A stretch of DNA of 63,848 nucleotides, counting the filler, from Aduncisulcus paluster (Eukaryota), in the NCBI GenBank assembly GCA_024181965.1. It is 10 parts of 10 records of this genome, joined end to end, with 100 filler letters (N's around TTAATTAATTAA, not from the genome) between each part and the next. Parts side by side here need not be neighbours in the genome. Positions count along the whole stretch, not along the records: positions 30,288 to 34,715 come from BQXS01012385.1; positions 34,816 to 37,289 come from BQXS01012386.1; positions 37,390 to 55,534 come from BQXS01012387.1; 7 more parts are not named here. One strand, 5' to 3'. Of this stretch, positions 33,838-46,000 are shown in pieces (the stretch's first letter is position 1; the number at the start of each line of letters is the position of its first letter). The notes beneath the pieces were generated by a model, which had not been told where the DNA came from, did no database searches, and was given only the letters and a program-made list of their open reading frames with translations. The translations under genes and the position numbers were made by a program.

Positions 33838-34713
33838 TCATTTCATTTCAAGCACCCATCTCTTGAAATTGTCTGAATCCTGACTATATACTGAAGAATA
33901 GTCAACTCCATCCCGAACAAGAGAAGAGGAGAAATCAGCTTCGAACGAGGCACTCGATCCGACCAAATATTTATCGAGATCAAGAATATCATCAATCATC
34001 TTCTGTTTCTTCTGTTTCTCGCGGTTTAAAGTCCCAACATCTTTGAACATGAAACTCTTGCTTCTCATCCTTTCACAGTGTCTGGTAAGGTCAGACAACA
34101 GTAAAGCCCGACGCTCACCGGCTTCAAATATTCTATTTTTAGCTTCAAGTCTTGCAGATGCTTTTTTTAGCACTTTGACCGAGAGTTCAGTTGGAATTGA
34201 GACCATGACAGCCTGACCTAAGCTATAAACATATTCCACGTGATCTGCTTTAGATATTTTAAGAAGTTGAATAAGATGTTTTAAAGTATCGACAGAAACT
34301 CTATCAAGTTCATCCTCATAGAACTCAACAGTAGACCCATTCCCATCACCGGTTGAGAGTATATCACCGGTAGAATGATCGGTTAAATGATCGGCTGGAT
34401 CAATAGACCCAGAATTCTGAGGGCTCCGAGGAATTGCAGAGGAAGAGGAAGAGGAAGAGGAAGAGGAAGAGGAAGAGGAAGAGGAGGAAGGCTGTACAAC
34501 TGGTACTGCGTGTTCATCCAAGATAGCAAACAATTGATCGTCATCCAACTCTGGATATACTTCTCTTTCTCTTTCTGTCGCAAGAGCCTCAACGGATGTA
34601 CTATCATTGTCAGTCTGATGATCTTGTTGGAGATTATCTTCAATGGTGTCCTTTGATGCATCGGAGGTCTCGTGAAGAGAAGAGGAAGAGGAAGAGGCAG
34701 TGAGTTCAACATC
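33838..34713 (-). CDS. Partial hypothetical protein
   Basis: The frame of ORF 33838-34548 stays open to the contig edge and contains a poly-Ser tract. Confidence 0.75.
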   Translation of the reverse strand, partial: DVELTASSSSSSLHETSDASKDTIEDNLQQDHQTDNDSTSVEALATEREREVYPELDDDQLFAILDEHAVPVVQPSSSSSSSSSSSSSSSSSAIPRSPQNSGSIDPADHLTDHSTGDILSTGDGNGSTVEFYEDELDRVSVDTLKHLIQLLKISKADHVEYVYSLGQAVMVSIPTELSVKVLKKASARLEAKNRIFEAGERRALLLSDLTRHCERMRSKSFMFKDVGTLNREKQKKQKMIDDILDLDKYLVGSSASFEADFSSSLVRDGVDYSSVYSQDSDNFKRWVLEMK

Positions 34714-34815
34714 TCNNNNNNNNNNNNNNNNNNNNNNNNNNNNNNNNNNNNNNNNNNNNTTAATTAATTAANNNNNNNNNNNNNNNNNNNNNNNNNNNNN
34801 NNNNNNNNNNNNNNN

Positions 34816-35379
34816 ATTGTTAGGACCGTATAAGATTGTTCAGCGTCTTTCTGACTTTCAGTATGTTATTGAGACATTAGATGGACGTGATCGACAGGAA
34901 GTTCACGTTTCAAGAATTCGAAAGTGCGATGTGAGGGGTTCAGACGAAGAGTTGTTGGCTCTGCAGGCGGCAGACCGGGAAGAATATGTGGTGGAAGCGG
35001 TATTGGAACATGGAATCAACGATAATGATGAGTTGGTGTTCTTGGTTAAGTGGTTTCAATATCCAGAGTCCGAGAATACATGGGAAGTTTTAGCTACAAT
35101 TTATAGAACGGATGCTATAATGAAGTATTTACGGGACACACCAGAAGTGGTGGATCTTTTAGAAGATCGATTAACCGCTCAAGAAAAGGAAGTGTTTGGG
35201 ATTAACGAATTATAATAACTTATAATTGTTAATTATGTATTAATATTAAGCTGTTAGAAGTAATTTAAGGAATGGAGTTAACAGTATTGGGTGACGAGGT
35301 GTCAACCAACTTGTCACCGGGAAAGCTTGACAAGAACATTTAGAATAATAAATTTGAACTCGAGAATTATTGTATAACA
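34816..35379 (+). mobile_element. 3' end of a Ty3/Gypsy (chromovirus-like) LTR retrotransposon: integrase GPY/F module, chromodomain, PPT and short putative LTR
   Basis: GPYKIV...VHVSRIR and EEYVVEAVLEH...FLVKWFQYPESENTWE (ORF 34817-35215). Purine tract at 35267-35277, then about 103 bp ending TATAACA. Confidence 0.8.
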
Positions 35380-35390
35380 GTAATCAACAA

Positions 35391-37289
35391 ATGAGTTCAT
35401 CCACAGATGCTGTTATTCAAACTGTGGAACCTGAGTTTGTTCATGGGGGAGATTATTATTGCTGTCCAATTCCTCGAGATGCCCCCAATGTTAAGAGTGC
35501 AGCATTTCCAACTATCAAAGCAATAGATGGGACCAAGAAAGAAGGTGGTTATCACTATGATCAGAGTTCTAATGCACAACAGATGATGCAAGGAGAGTTT
35601 AATTTAGGAAATATAACCCATATTTACATTCCTTTTTCCTCATCTTCCCCAATGAAAGGGGCTTATATATGTCTTGATGGTGATTCTTCTTATTGGACGT
35701 CACCTCCATCGCACCTTATCTTCACTCTCACATCTTCAAAGGGTGAGAAAACATCCAAGAAATACGAATTTCATGAATTTAAAGGTCATCATTGGTATTT
35801 CCTTCATGTTGATCTCCCTGATGTTGTTCTGTGTGAGATTACAGGGAAAGGAAGAGAGAAAGAGTTTTTTGGAATCGTATCTCTTGTTTTCATTAGAAAA
35901 GAAACTCTTGAAGAAATCAAATCTCGTGAAGCCAGAGAGAAACTATGGTCTGAAGCTCCAGTTGTGAAAGCAGAGTTTGTTAAGGAAGGTGGTAGAGATT
36001 CTATTCCCATTCCACGAGATGATCCAAAGCTTGTAGATCCTTCATTCTCAATTGTTAAGTGCAAGAATGATTCGGTGAGTATGGAATCTGAGAAGTGTGA
36101 TCAGAGTTCAGAAGCACAAGGAATGTTAAAAGGAGAATGTGATTTATCCTTATCCCATCTTTCCATCCCTTTCCCATCACCTAGTCCAATGAAAGGTGCT
36201 TATATCTGTGTGGACGATGAAGATAGTTCACCCTCTCTTCTCTTCACTTTTACTGATAATTATGGTAGGAAGACATCCAAGAAGTATGAATTCACACAAC
36301 CTAAACATGCTTATGAATGGTATTTTCTTCCTATTGGTTTTTTGAATGTTGTATTGTGTGAGATTGAAGGGAAAGGAACGTGGATATATGGAAAGAATCA
36401 TAGACGTTTCTCCATCCACTCCCTTGTTTTCCTTCGAGGTGATGATATTCCCACCTCTCCTCCTCTTCTTACTCCTGTTCTTGTTCCTTCCAGTTCCTCC
36501 AAGACACCCACATCAACTTTGTCTTTGCCATCAAAACCTGTGAAAGAAGAAGAAGAAATTGTTATTGAAGGAAATGATAAGGATCCAAGACCAAAAGACA
36601 CCAAACCGAAGAAACATAAGGATAAAAAGAAACATAACCCCAAGGATGGCAAGCCCAAGTATAACCCCAAGCACGACTCGCTAACCCTGACATCTGCATC
36701 CACGCTGACTTCACAGTGCATCATTGGCAGTGGTGGGTTCGGAGAGGTTCTTCTTGTTCTTATTGATGGCATTCCTTTCCCATGTGTTCTGAAGAAGATG
36801 CTTCGGATTGCGGACAAAACTGTTGTGAAAGGGTGTCGGAAGGAGTTTAAAGTGCAACTCAAGTTGTTTAACAATCCCAAATGTTTCAACCGTATCCCAC
36901 GTCCTCTGTATATCCTTGACCTGCTTGATTGCGATATGAAAGGTGTGTATGGCTTCCTGATGGAGTTCTGTGTTGGAGGCAGTGTGAGTGCGTTTGCCAA
37001 GCGTTGGTGTGCTGATGGCAAGTATGTGAGTGTTGATGATACTGCTGATGATAGTGAACCCTCAGACTCAGACTCGTCCTCAAGGTCTGGCTCTGGCTCT
37101 GAGAGTGCCGATGTTGACACTGCTGTGCCTGACTTTGACGCCATGACACTGAACCCTGTGAAAGTGTGTTCGTTATGTGTTGGGATGATCGAGTGTCTTG
37201 ATGATGTGTTCACGGCTAAACCAAAGCTTGTGCATCGAGACGTGAAACCTGACAACTTCCTTGTTCGTGTTGATCCCGATTCTAAGAAG
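35391..37289 (+). CDS. Protein kinase with two tandem N-terminal beta-rich domains, 3' truncated
   Basis: IGSGGFGEV and HRDVKPDNF motifs; a ~170-aa unit occurs twice (PIPRD...MKGAYIC...WYFL...VVLCEI). Confidence 0.92.
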
Positions 37290-37607
37290 NNNNNNNNNNN
37301 NNNNNNNNNNNNNNNNNNNNNNNNNNNNNNNNNTTAATTAATTAANNNNNNNNNNNNNNNNNNNNNNNNNNNNNNNNNNNNNNNNNNNNTGTCATCAGTC
37401 ATCAGTGATTGTTGTAACTACTAGGGGGTTTATATTTATTGATGTATTCCCCATTGGAAAATAGTAAAATGGTCTGAATCCTTCTCTTATGCTTTTGCAG
37501 ACGAATGATGGTCTTTCGTTTCTTGTAAGTTGGCTTGTATTTTATTTTCCAAAAATCTCGTTTAACCCAGTTTTTACTGAAAAAAATAATCGTAAAATCT
37601 ATTCTGA

Positions 37608-38084
37608 TCAAAAATTAGCAAGAGTTTCAGACGTCGCACTCAGTGGAATGAATGTTTCATCCAATTCCTTTTCAAAAGTGACTTTTGCAGCCGTGTGCCA
37701 TTTGGGACAGGAAACGAATAAATCGCATATACTCTTCCCCTCGAAAAGAAGATACTGTCCAAAACAACACTGCTGTTCATAGATTGGCCTCAACATTAAT
37801 CGAGGGAATAATGAATCCAGGGCCTCCCTATGTCGACGAACACATCTCTCCATCATCTCCCTACCTGAGCACGGCTCTGGCAGAGAGAGACCGAGCATCG
37901 TGACCTGCTCAGCACGGAGGTAATTGAAGTGCTCCATGCTGAGCAAAAAAAAAAAAAAAAAAAAAAAAAAGCCAATTACCGCTACTAGTTGCCTTAGAAA
38001 GAAAAAAAAAAAAAAAAAAAGAAAGCCAATTACATACCACGTAGACAAAACAAGAAAAATTCCCGAGACTCCGACACTGGTCAT
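37608..38084 (-). CDS. Small hypothetical protein with a 99-nt intron at 37939-38037
   Basis: GTATGT donor and a poly-T tract ending GCTCAG. Splicing removes the poly-Phe stretches and keeps the frame. Confidence 0.55.
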   Translation of the reverse strand: MTSVGVSGIFLVLSTWYVIGFLFFFFFFFLRQLVAVIGFFFFFFFFLLSMEHFNYLRAEQVTMLGLSLPEPCSGREMMERCVRRHREALDSLFPRLMLRPIYEQQCCFGQYLLFEGKSICDLFVSCPKWHTAAKVTFEKELDETFIPLSATSETLANF

Positions 38085-38424
38085 TTGTCAAAAAACACAA
38101 AAATTTATCTTTTCAAATACAAAAAAAATTCACAACGTTGAAAACACGTGTATTTTAAATTTATTGTATAAATAAAAATCGTAATCTTAAAAAATCTCTT
38201 TTCCCGTGTTTATTCAATGGAAATATTTGTCTTTCATGTTTCTAACCAACGGAGAGATATTTGCAAACAATTAAAGTAGAATGAGTATGTATAATGAACT
38301 ATTATTCATTTTTGTGGTTTATTTTCATTTGCGAATACACACACACATTTATCCATTTTTTCCTGAATACCATATTCTTTGTGCAACTACTATTAGCTAA
38401 ATTAACCATCATTTGATCCAAATC

Positions 38425-41400
38425 ATGGAAGAATACAATAATATCATCTCTTTCCTGTTTTGCTCTCATTCCAACCTTAATGAATCCTTATCTCTATTCC
38501 TTTCCCATCTTTTTGATCCTTCTATTCTTGATTTGTCGAAGATATTTTTTTCTGAAGATGTTTTTATTCGACTTATTATTCCGTTACTCGAAAACTCATA
38601 TTTCAAGACCCACGTTCGTTGTATACGTTTCCCAGAATCCATTCAAGATAAAAACCAATCCATGCCCGAGAGCTCGGCCTTTGATTACAATGGAAATAGG
38701 ATCTATTCTGAATTTCCAAGTGTATTTCATGCTCCCCCGCTATGTATTTTGATTGATATTTTGATTAAGTTATATGAACTCAGGATTTATAGTATCAACG
38801 AGTCTGCAGAGAGTGATATATTCTCTTTTACTTCTTCTTGTCATGTATTTGGTTTATTTTGCGATAATTATGATGGAAATATCCATTCAATGCATGAATA
38901 TGTTGGATTTCTCAAATTGGTCAAACAAAAACTTATTGTTCAAAGTCTTGATTATGTTACAGGTAAAGTAGATATATTTCGGGCTGTTGGATGGGATTTT
39001 CAAAAAGCTCAAGGGGCTTCTTCCCCTTACACAAGAAGTTTCAGATTATTTCGGACTCCAGAAGGATATATTGACGCTCCTCTATTGTTAGCAGCTCTAA
39101 GCCTTGGTATTTCAACAGACCAGCACATATCTCGAGGATTAGGACTATCATATAACAAGCCAGAATCTTTGTCACCTTGCCAACTTTTCCCATCAATTGA
39201 TCTCATCAAAACCCTCTCATTCCCGCCCGATCTTGATTATCACCTCTACGAGGCGGTATATTCGTGTTATATTCACCATCGTATGATGACAATATCCTCA
39301 ACCTTCATCCTGTCAGCTTTACATGAACAAAATCGAAGGGAAAGGGTCTTATCAACAATTAAACTTCACAGACAATCTTCCATGCCCTCCATTAAACAAT
39401 CCTCAACGCACTCGCAAAGTGAATTATCTGATATTGATATTATTCCAGGTCCTCTCAACCTCTCTCTAACTCCAACCCCCATTCTTCCCCCTGACTCTGA
39501 ACATCTAAAAATAGACCAGTCTAAAATTAGCACATCTCTTGTTTCTCATCCCACATCGTATCTTCATTTCATTTCCATCCCTTCCGCCCTTTTTTTCCGT
39601 GACTTGGGTAAATTCCCTCCAAAACACATCATTCTTTCCAATCAACCAGATTTAATGGTGGAATATTCAAATAAGAGTTCAAATATTATTTCTCCAATTA
39701 AAATTATCGATTTTTCATTCGATCATTATATTTGTTCAACAAAAGATGAAGAGGTAGAAGAAGATATTGACACATTTGACACTGCCAATTTCTCAAAACT
39801 TTCTATTTATCTATTTTTAGCGCCAATTTCACCTCCTATTTTTAGTGCATTGGAAGTTCTCAAAAATTGGTACTCTTTTGAAAAAGACAGATTTCATAAA
39901 TTTATTTCTGAAGAAAGAGATTCCTGTCTAATTGAGCAATCTGAAATTGATGTTATTAAAGCTTTTCCGGATGGATATATTAGGTTCCTTGATAAATACA
40001 AACCATTTGACTTTGTAAGTCCCATTCATTTATTTGATATCCTTTCACTTCCTCAAATTACCAATAATGATCCAGAATTTCAAGATCAATTAGATTTTGT
40101 GAAACATAATGAATATGAATGGCATTGTTTGGATGATATTTCCTGGTTTTACACACTCAACAAAATATTCTGGCTCCTTTGCCCTATTCTCCTCTCAAAA
40201 ATATCCTCTGACATGCCGACCTCATTATATATTGATAATTCACTTTCCTTCTTAAGAATTGTTGAATATTTCCTCCGAAGTTGTCTTTCTTCGAGACGGA
40301 GAATTTCCAGTTTAACCAGTTATTGTTCTATCGAATCTCCAAATCTCCAATATTTAATGGATGCTCTTATCGGTATCAATATTCAAGATCTCAATTCTAT
40401 ATATATCCATTATTCTGATTTGAGAAATTATCTCCCCATTCTTGATAATCACAGTGTCAAATTCACATGTTTGTCATCCTTTTCTTTCTATAATTTTCTT
40501 TCTTGTCCCAATGATATTTTATCCCTATTTACAATATGTTCAGAGATTAAATCGTTAAAATCGATCGAATTAGGTTCGTTTACAATTATTAATGGATTTG
40601 AGGAGGAAGATTGGAAAGAAAGATGGAAAGTCTCATACAAACCTGAAGCAATTTCAGAGTTTTCTGTCCCTGTATTTCCTCAAACACTAAGTTCAGGTGA
40701 TTTCTTATCAATGAAACCATGGAAAATTCATCCAAATTCATGGAACTTCTCCCAATTTAGAACCATTGAGAAACTTACTATCTCTGATTTATCTATCACA
40801 TCGGTATCATCGGGATTGAATTTCTTTGAGATTATTAGAAGCTTTATTGCTCAATCACCAAATCTTAGATATCTCGATATTTCAAACATATTTCAGAATG
40901 TTACAAATATTAGTTCCGTTTATTCCATCCAATCAATGATCCAAAAATACATTTTTGAGAAACTTCCTCCCTCTCTCACGCATCTCAAACTCTTGAATTT
41001 AGCCGTTTCTCCCGAAAATATCGATAAATTCCTCCTCTGGTCTGAGGTCAACTGTATAAAGCTGGAGAATATATGTTTTGGAAAATGGCTTACTTTATTT
41101 GATTACAGAATATCAATGCATGTTCCTAATCCCACATTTCCAGTTTCTCAAACAACCCAAAAAAAGATCATCTCTAAACTTCTTGATTTCTTGATTTCTG
41201 TTACTCATGCTCCTTCCGATTTGAAATTCCTTGTTTTATCCCAATGTCATGCCCTCGATTCAATTGCTCATGATTCTGAACTTGCTGATCGGTTTGACAT
41301 TCTTCTCAAACAGATTATTCCAAATTTAGAACATTTGAGTTTCCGCGATTCCTATCATTCCATCGAATTTATCAGACTTCTTTGCCATCATCTCCCAAAT

Positions 41401-41613
41401 GCCACCAATCTGATTGACCTTGACATTTCCCTTGAAGAAATAGACGGATTTGGATGGGCTCCTTCTCAAGAAACAAGGAAAGAAATTATAATGATGGTTT
41501 GTAGTGCTCTTCTCGTTCAAGAAAGAACAATCCGTGTAACAATTCCCAATATTCCATATAAACTTCGGCTAAAACTGCGTAGAAATTCTCCTTGGCTCGT
41601 TAGATTTATATAA
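38425..41613 (+). CDS. Large hypothetical protein with C-terminal RNI-like LRRs
   Basis: About 1060-aa ORF with PNLRYLDIS, SLTHLKL, PNLEHLSF and NLIDLDIS motifs. Confidence 0.85.
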   Translation: MEEYNNIISFLFCSHSNLNESLSLFLSHLFDPSILDLSKIFFSEDVFIRLIIPLLENSYFKTHVRCIRFPESIQDKNQSMPESSAFDYNGNRIYSEFPSVFHAPPLCILIDILIKLYELRIYSINESAESDIFSFTSSCHVFGLFCDNYDGNIHSMHEYVGFLKLVKQKLIVQSLDYVTGKVDIFRAVGWDFQKAQGASSPYTRSFRLFRTPEGYIDAPLLLAALSLGISTDQHISRGLGLSYNKPESLSPCQLFPSIDLIKTLSFPPDLDYHLYEAVYSCYIHHRMMTISSTFILSALHEQNRRERVLSTIKLHRQSSMPSIKQSSTHSQSELSDIDIIPGPLNLSLTPTPILPPDSEHLKIDQSKISTSLVSHPTSYLHFISIPSALFFRDLGKFPPKHIILSNQPDLMVEYSNKSSNIISPIKIIDFSFDHYICSTKDEEVEEDIDTFDTANFSKLSIYLFLAPISPPIFSALEVLKNWYSFEKDRFHKFISEERDSCLIEQSEIDVIKAFPDGYIRFLDKYKPFDFVSPIHLFDILSLPQITNNDPEFQDQLDFVKHNEYEWHCLDDISWFYTLNKIFWLLCPILLSKISSDMPTSLYIDNSLSFLRIVEYFLRSCLSSRRRISSLTSYCSIESPNLQYLMDALIGINIQDLNSIYIHYSDLRNYLPILDNHSVKFTCLSSFSFYNFLSCPNDILSLFTICSEIKSLKSIELGSFTIINGFEEEDWKERWKVSYKPEAISEFSVPVFPQTLSSGDFLSMKPWKIHPNSWNFSQFRTIEKLTISDLSITSVSSGLNFFEIIRSFIAQSPNLRYLDISNIFQNVTNISSVYSIQSMIQKYIFEKLPPSLTHLKLLNLAVSPENIDKFLLWSEVNCIKLENICFGKWLTLFDYRISMHVPNPTFPVSQTTQKKIISKLLDFLISVTHAPSDLKFLVLSQCHALDSIAHDSELADRFDILLKQIIPNLEHLSFRDSYHSIEFIRLLCHHLPNATNLIDLDISLEEIDGFGWAPSQETRKEIIMMVCSALLVQERTIRVTIPNIPYKLRLKLRRNSPWLVRFI

Positions 41614-41967
41614 TCATAGATCAATTCTGAGCATCATCAACGAGGATAAGAATAGATTTTACGATAATTTTTCAGTAGCAAAAGTACTTGCCAAACTGTT
41701 GTGAGTGGACCAGTGGAGCATCAACCTTATGGTCTACTTTGAGGATAACCTAGATACTCACCGTGAGAGGAAGTTCCTCTGAGGAACCTCAATGGAAAAT
41801 ATTGGCAATAAAACTATTTATCTGTAATATAATATATTTGTTTTTGATTTGAATGAAACGGAACAATTCTTTGAAGCCTATTAAGGCCTATTGAGACCCT
41901 CAAAAAAAACTCCGGTTCAACCGGAAGAAAGGTTTTTCCACTTAGACCGACCTTTCTTCCGAGACAA

Positions 41968-42694
41968 ATGCCAATCTCCAGAAAAAAAATTGTTATTGTG
42001 GGCCCAACAGCTGTATGTATATAAATTTTGTTGTTTTGTCAAAAGAATTCCCCCATCTCATGTAACATGTCTGTTTTAGGTTGGGAAAACATCAATTATT
42101 GCGAGGTATATAGTTCCATCATTTGATATTTCTGGTCATGAAGTGACTATTACTCCTGATTTCTCACAGAAGACCCATACGTTTGGAGCCGATCAAGTCA
42201 AGTTCAGTATTGTCGACACTCCTGGGGACCCAAAGCATTTTTCTTTGGCTTCAAGTGTATTTCATAATTGTGATTTTATTATTTTCGTTTCTTCCTTTGA
42301 TAATGCTTTATCTGTCGAATCAATGGCCCCCGACCATCCAAAAAGTTGGACAAAACATATTTTGGATTCGATAACCGACATAGATTCCATTCGTTGTTAT
42401 TATTTCATTAATAAGGAAGATTTGCTTACTTCATACCCTCCTGACCTCTGCGTTGACAAACCACAAATTGCGAGGATATTTGACGAGATTAAGCATCGTT
42501 ATCCCTGTTTTGTTCAATATCATTATGTATCAGCATTAGAAAATCCGAAAGAAATTGGAAAGATTTTTGAAGGCATAGCTAAATCTGTGACACAGACTCA
42601 CCCTGAGTCTACGCCGACTGAAGACACACCCATCCTTCCAAACCCAGACCAAACCAGTGTTTCCCCTTGTTGTAAATGCTGTGATATTGTTTAA
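41968..42694 (+). CDS. Divergent Rab-like small GTPase; exons 41968-42012 and 42080-42694
   Basis: Spliced P-loop GPTA|VGKTS, DTPG, NKED, SAL and a C-terminal CCKCCDIV. The intron is 67 nt, GTATGT...TTAG. Confidence 0.9.
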
Positions 42695-43052
42695 TATTGT
42701 TTTTATGTTGAAGCTCCGTCTTTATCATAACTCTTTGTGAATATCTTCTTCTCAGATTATTCCATAACGTTTATTTTCTTTTCTCGTATTGCTTTCGTTA
42801 AATGTTACCATAAAGTTCAATAAAATTTAGTTGGATCCATGTTTAACACCTCAACTTGTTTGTGGCTGTTTTACAAGCAATAACAATAATAAACCTCAAT
42901 ATTTTCGTAATATTCACATATTATTCCTTATTTTATTCAAAGAATAGTAACTACATTATTATGAGTCTTTTTTCCCCTTTTTGCAAGAAGGAGCTATAAT
43001 TCACACTTTTTAGGAGGATTTATTTTATTTACTTGTTAAATTTATTTTAAAA

Positions 43053-46000
43053 ATGAAGAGTGTTGCTGAACTAAACGCAACCAACGGTATGTATTTTCAG
43101 TTAGGTTCAATATCAATATAAATATTATTACTAATACTTCAATTTCTGGATAAAACTTCAAAAATCCATCACTGCCATTCTTAATTTTATAGTTATGATG
43201 TATCTTGACGTATCACAGATGGATGCTCTTCGTAAAGTGTTTGAGATGAAAAATGAACAAAAAATGCGGGAAAAAGATGCGCGTGGAATGGATTTAGATG
43301 TATTTTGTAAAGTTATGCTGAATTTTCTCCCAAAACAACTTCGTTCAACTCCTGAAAAAGAAGAACAACTAATTTCATCGCTTTGTCACCTCTTTGCGGA
43401 AATTGATGTTAATGGAGATGGTACTATGGAATGGGAAGAACTCGTTGGTTTTATTATTGAAGGTGTTAAAGGAGTATCTTCTGCTAGAATGCCCGTGAGT
43501 CCATATACTATTGCCCCTCCCTCTCACAATACTTTTAAGCCCGTCGGAGAAGTTCGTAAGATATGTGCCATTCATAATTCAAATAATATAGCCCTTGTTC
43601 AAGGTAGAGATGCTGTTATCCTATCCACCCCATCTTTAACCCATATTTCTACTCTATCAATGCACACAAGCGCAATTTCAGATATTACCTCTCTTTATCC
43701 CCTTCCTTACATCGTCACATGCTCGCTCGATCGTACCATTATCCTGTGGAACTCTGACACTTATGAACCCATTGTTGGGATGTGTACTGGTCATATTCCT
43801 CTTTCTGTGTGTCTCTCTCATATCGATGGGTATATATATGTTGGAATGATGGATGGACGTATTCTTATGGTTGATATTACTCGTGAAGTCATGGATCAAC
43901 TCGATGACGATGATGAGTATGTTTCGATCTCATCTGTCTCGTATTCTTCATCCAAGGCTAAACATGAACACCGGAGAGTGACATCTAAGGAGCAAGGGAA
44001 GGTATTTCCTCTCTGCCCCCATCCCCTTGTCTCTCTCACCCTTGTCTCTTCCTTTTTCGTCCATCAGGAGGGTGTCACAATCATATTGCCACTCATTTCG
44101 ACAATATCAAAGACAACAATAACCCAAACAATGAAGGATGGCCTCATTTTGGATGGGAAGAAGAAGAGCAAGAGAATATCTGTTCTATCAGATCTTGAAG
44201 GAGTCATAGAGGACGAAGATGCTGACGATGGTCAGAGTTTAAGATTACCTGCTTTGGCATCAGGAAGCGTCGATGGTTCAGTACATGTGTGGATTGTTGT
44301 AAAAGGCGCTCTTATTCCTTTCCATCGTGCAGTACATGCCCACCTCGGTCCTGTGAGGAGTTTGGTGGAATTAACTGGAACTCTGATCAGTGCAGGGGGA
44401 GGACAACCATTGTCCCACTCCTTATTGTTGCCACGGCCTCCATATGCATATTCGGAGAGCATTAGTGGGTGCAATTGTCTCTTTGGCCTTGATGCCAGTT
44501 CTGCTGGTGGAATTGGAATGAGTCAAGAAAAGTCAAAACCCCCAGAACCTACAAAAGTCAAGAGTGGAGCTCTTCTTACAAGTGCTCTGAAGACACTTTC
44601 ATCAAAAATCGCAAAAGGACAGGATCCTACAGTGATATCTTCTCGTCTCCGGGATGAAAGCAAGAAAGAAAGCAAGAAAAAAGATGAAAAGGATAACCCT
44701 CTGAAGAAACTGCCTCCAAAAGCTTCAATATTTTCTTCCTCTTCCTCTTCATCTTCCTCTTCCTCTTCTTCTTCTTCTTCAACGTCCAGGGAAGAGAAAG
44801 AAGGAGAGACTTTCAAAAGATTGTCTATGTTTGCTGGAAAAGGGAAGAAAATATCTTTTGGTGACGAAGAAAAGAAACCCCAAGAAACCATTGAAAAGAA
44901 AAAGACCAAATCAATATTTTCACGAAGGAAGTTAACTCCTGAGGAACTCGAAGCCCAACGAGTCCGTGCCATGAGAAAAAGAGCGCTAATAACGCCGCTT
45001 CCAATCCATGCTCCTGCTTCATTCTCTTGTTTTGAAGATCTCTCTGTCGATTTCAAAACACCTTCACCGTTTAACAAATTTTCATCTGCAACCAAAACAG
45101 ATTCTGATTCAAGTTCCTCAATTTTGTCCCCCTCCGAAGAATTAATGTTGTTAAAATCTAAGGCCAGTGTAATTATTAAGGGACTTACTAAACTTCTCCC
45201 CACTAGTGCCGATTGCCATGCTTCATTTTGTTATGCATCTGCCGAGGTGATTTCTGGTTACAAGAATTCCAGCAAAAGGAAGTCAAGCTGGGTTAAAAAG
45301 GCCAAAGAACTTCAAAAAATACAACAAAATGCAGCCGAGAAACTTTTAAAGGGGCAAAAAGGTTCAGCTCCGAGTGATCCTTCTAGTAATCTTGGACGTT
45401 CTTCCTCTTCCTCTTCCTCTTCCTCTTCCTCTTCCTCTTCCTCTTCGTATTTCATACCACCCACACCCCGTCCAACTGATTTTAATGAACTCCAATCCAT
45501 TTATAAAATTCTTATGGAAAAAGATGGAAAGAAAGAAGGAAAGAAAGAAGGAAAGAAAGAAGGAAAGAAAGAAGAAGATACAAAGAAAATCAGCAAATAT
45601 TCAACAGATAGAAAGGCCCAAGAAATGACTGATTCAGAGTCGACTTCCAATAGCTCAAGTGTTTTCTTCCGTCACCGTAGAGATTTGAGTCAGAAATGTG
45701 TTGTTGGAGTTGTTGATGATGGATGTACGTTTAAAGTTATGTACAATGTATCAGAGATTAATTCTGAACCCGCTGTTATTTCCTCTCTTCATCTCCCTCT
45801 CCTCTCTTCCCCTTCTGCTGTTCTCTTACATCCACACACACACACTCTTATAGTCGCAGCTGGGAAAAGTATCATTGTGCTCACCCGAGAGATCACTAGA
45901 GATCCTTTCCATATTGATACTCGTGATAACCCTTCATCAATTGTGCTTAATCGTCATGCCGGTGAGTTTGTATGTNNNNNNNNNNNNNNNNNNNNAAAAT

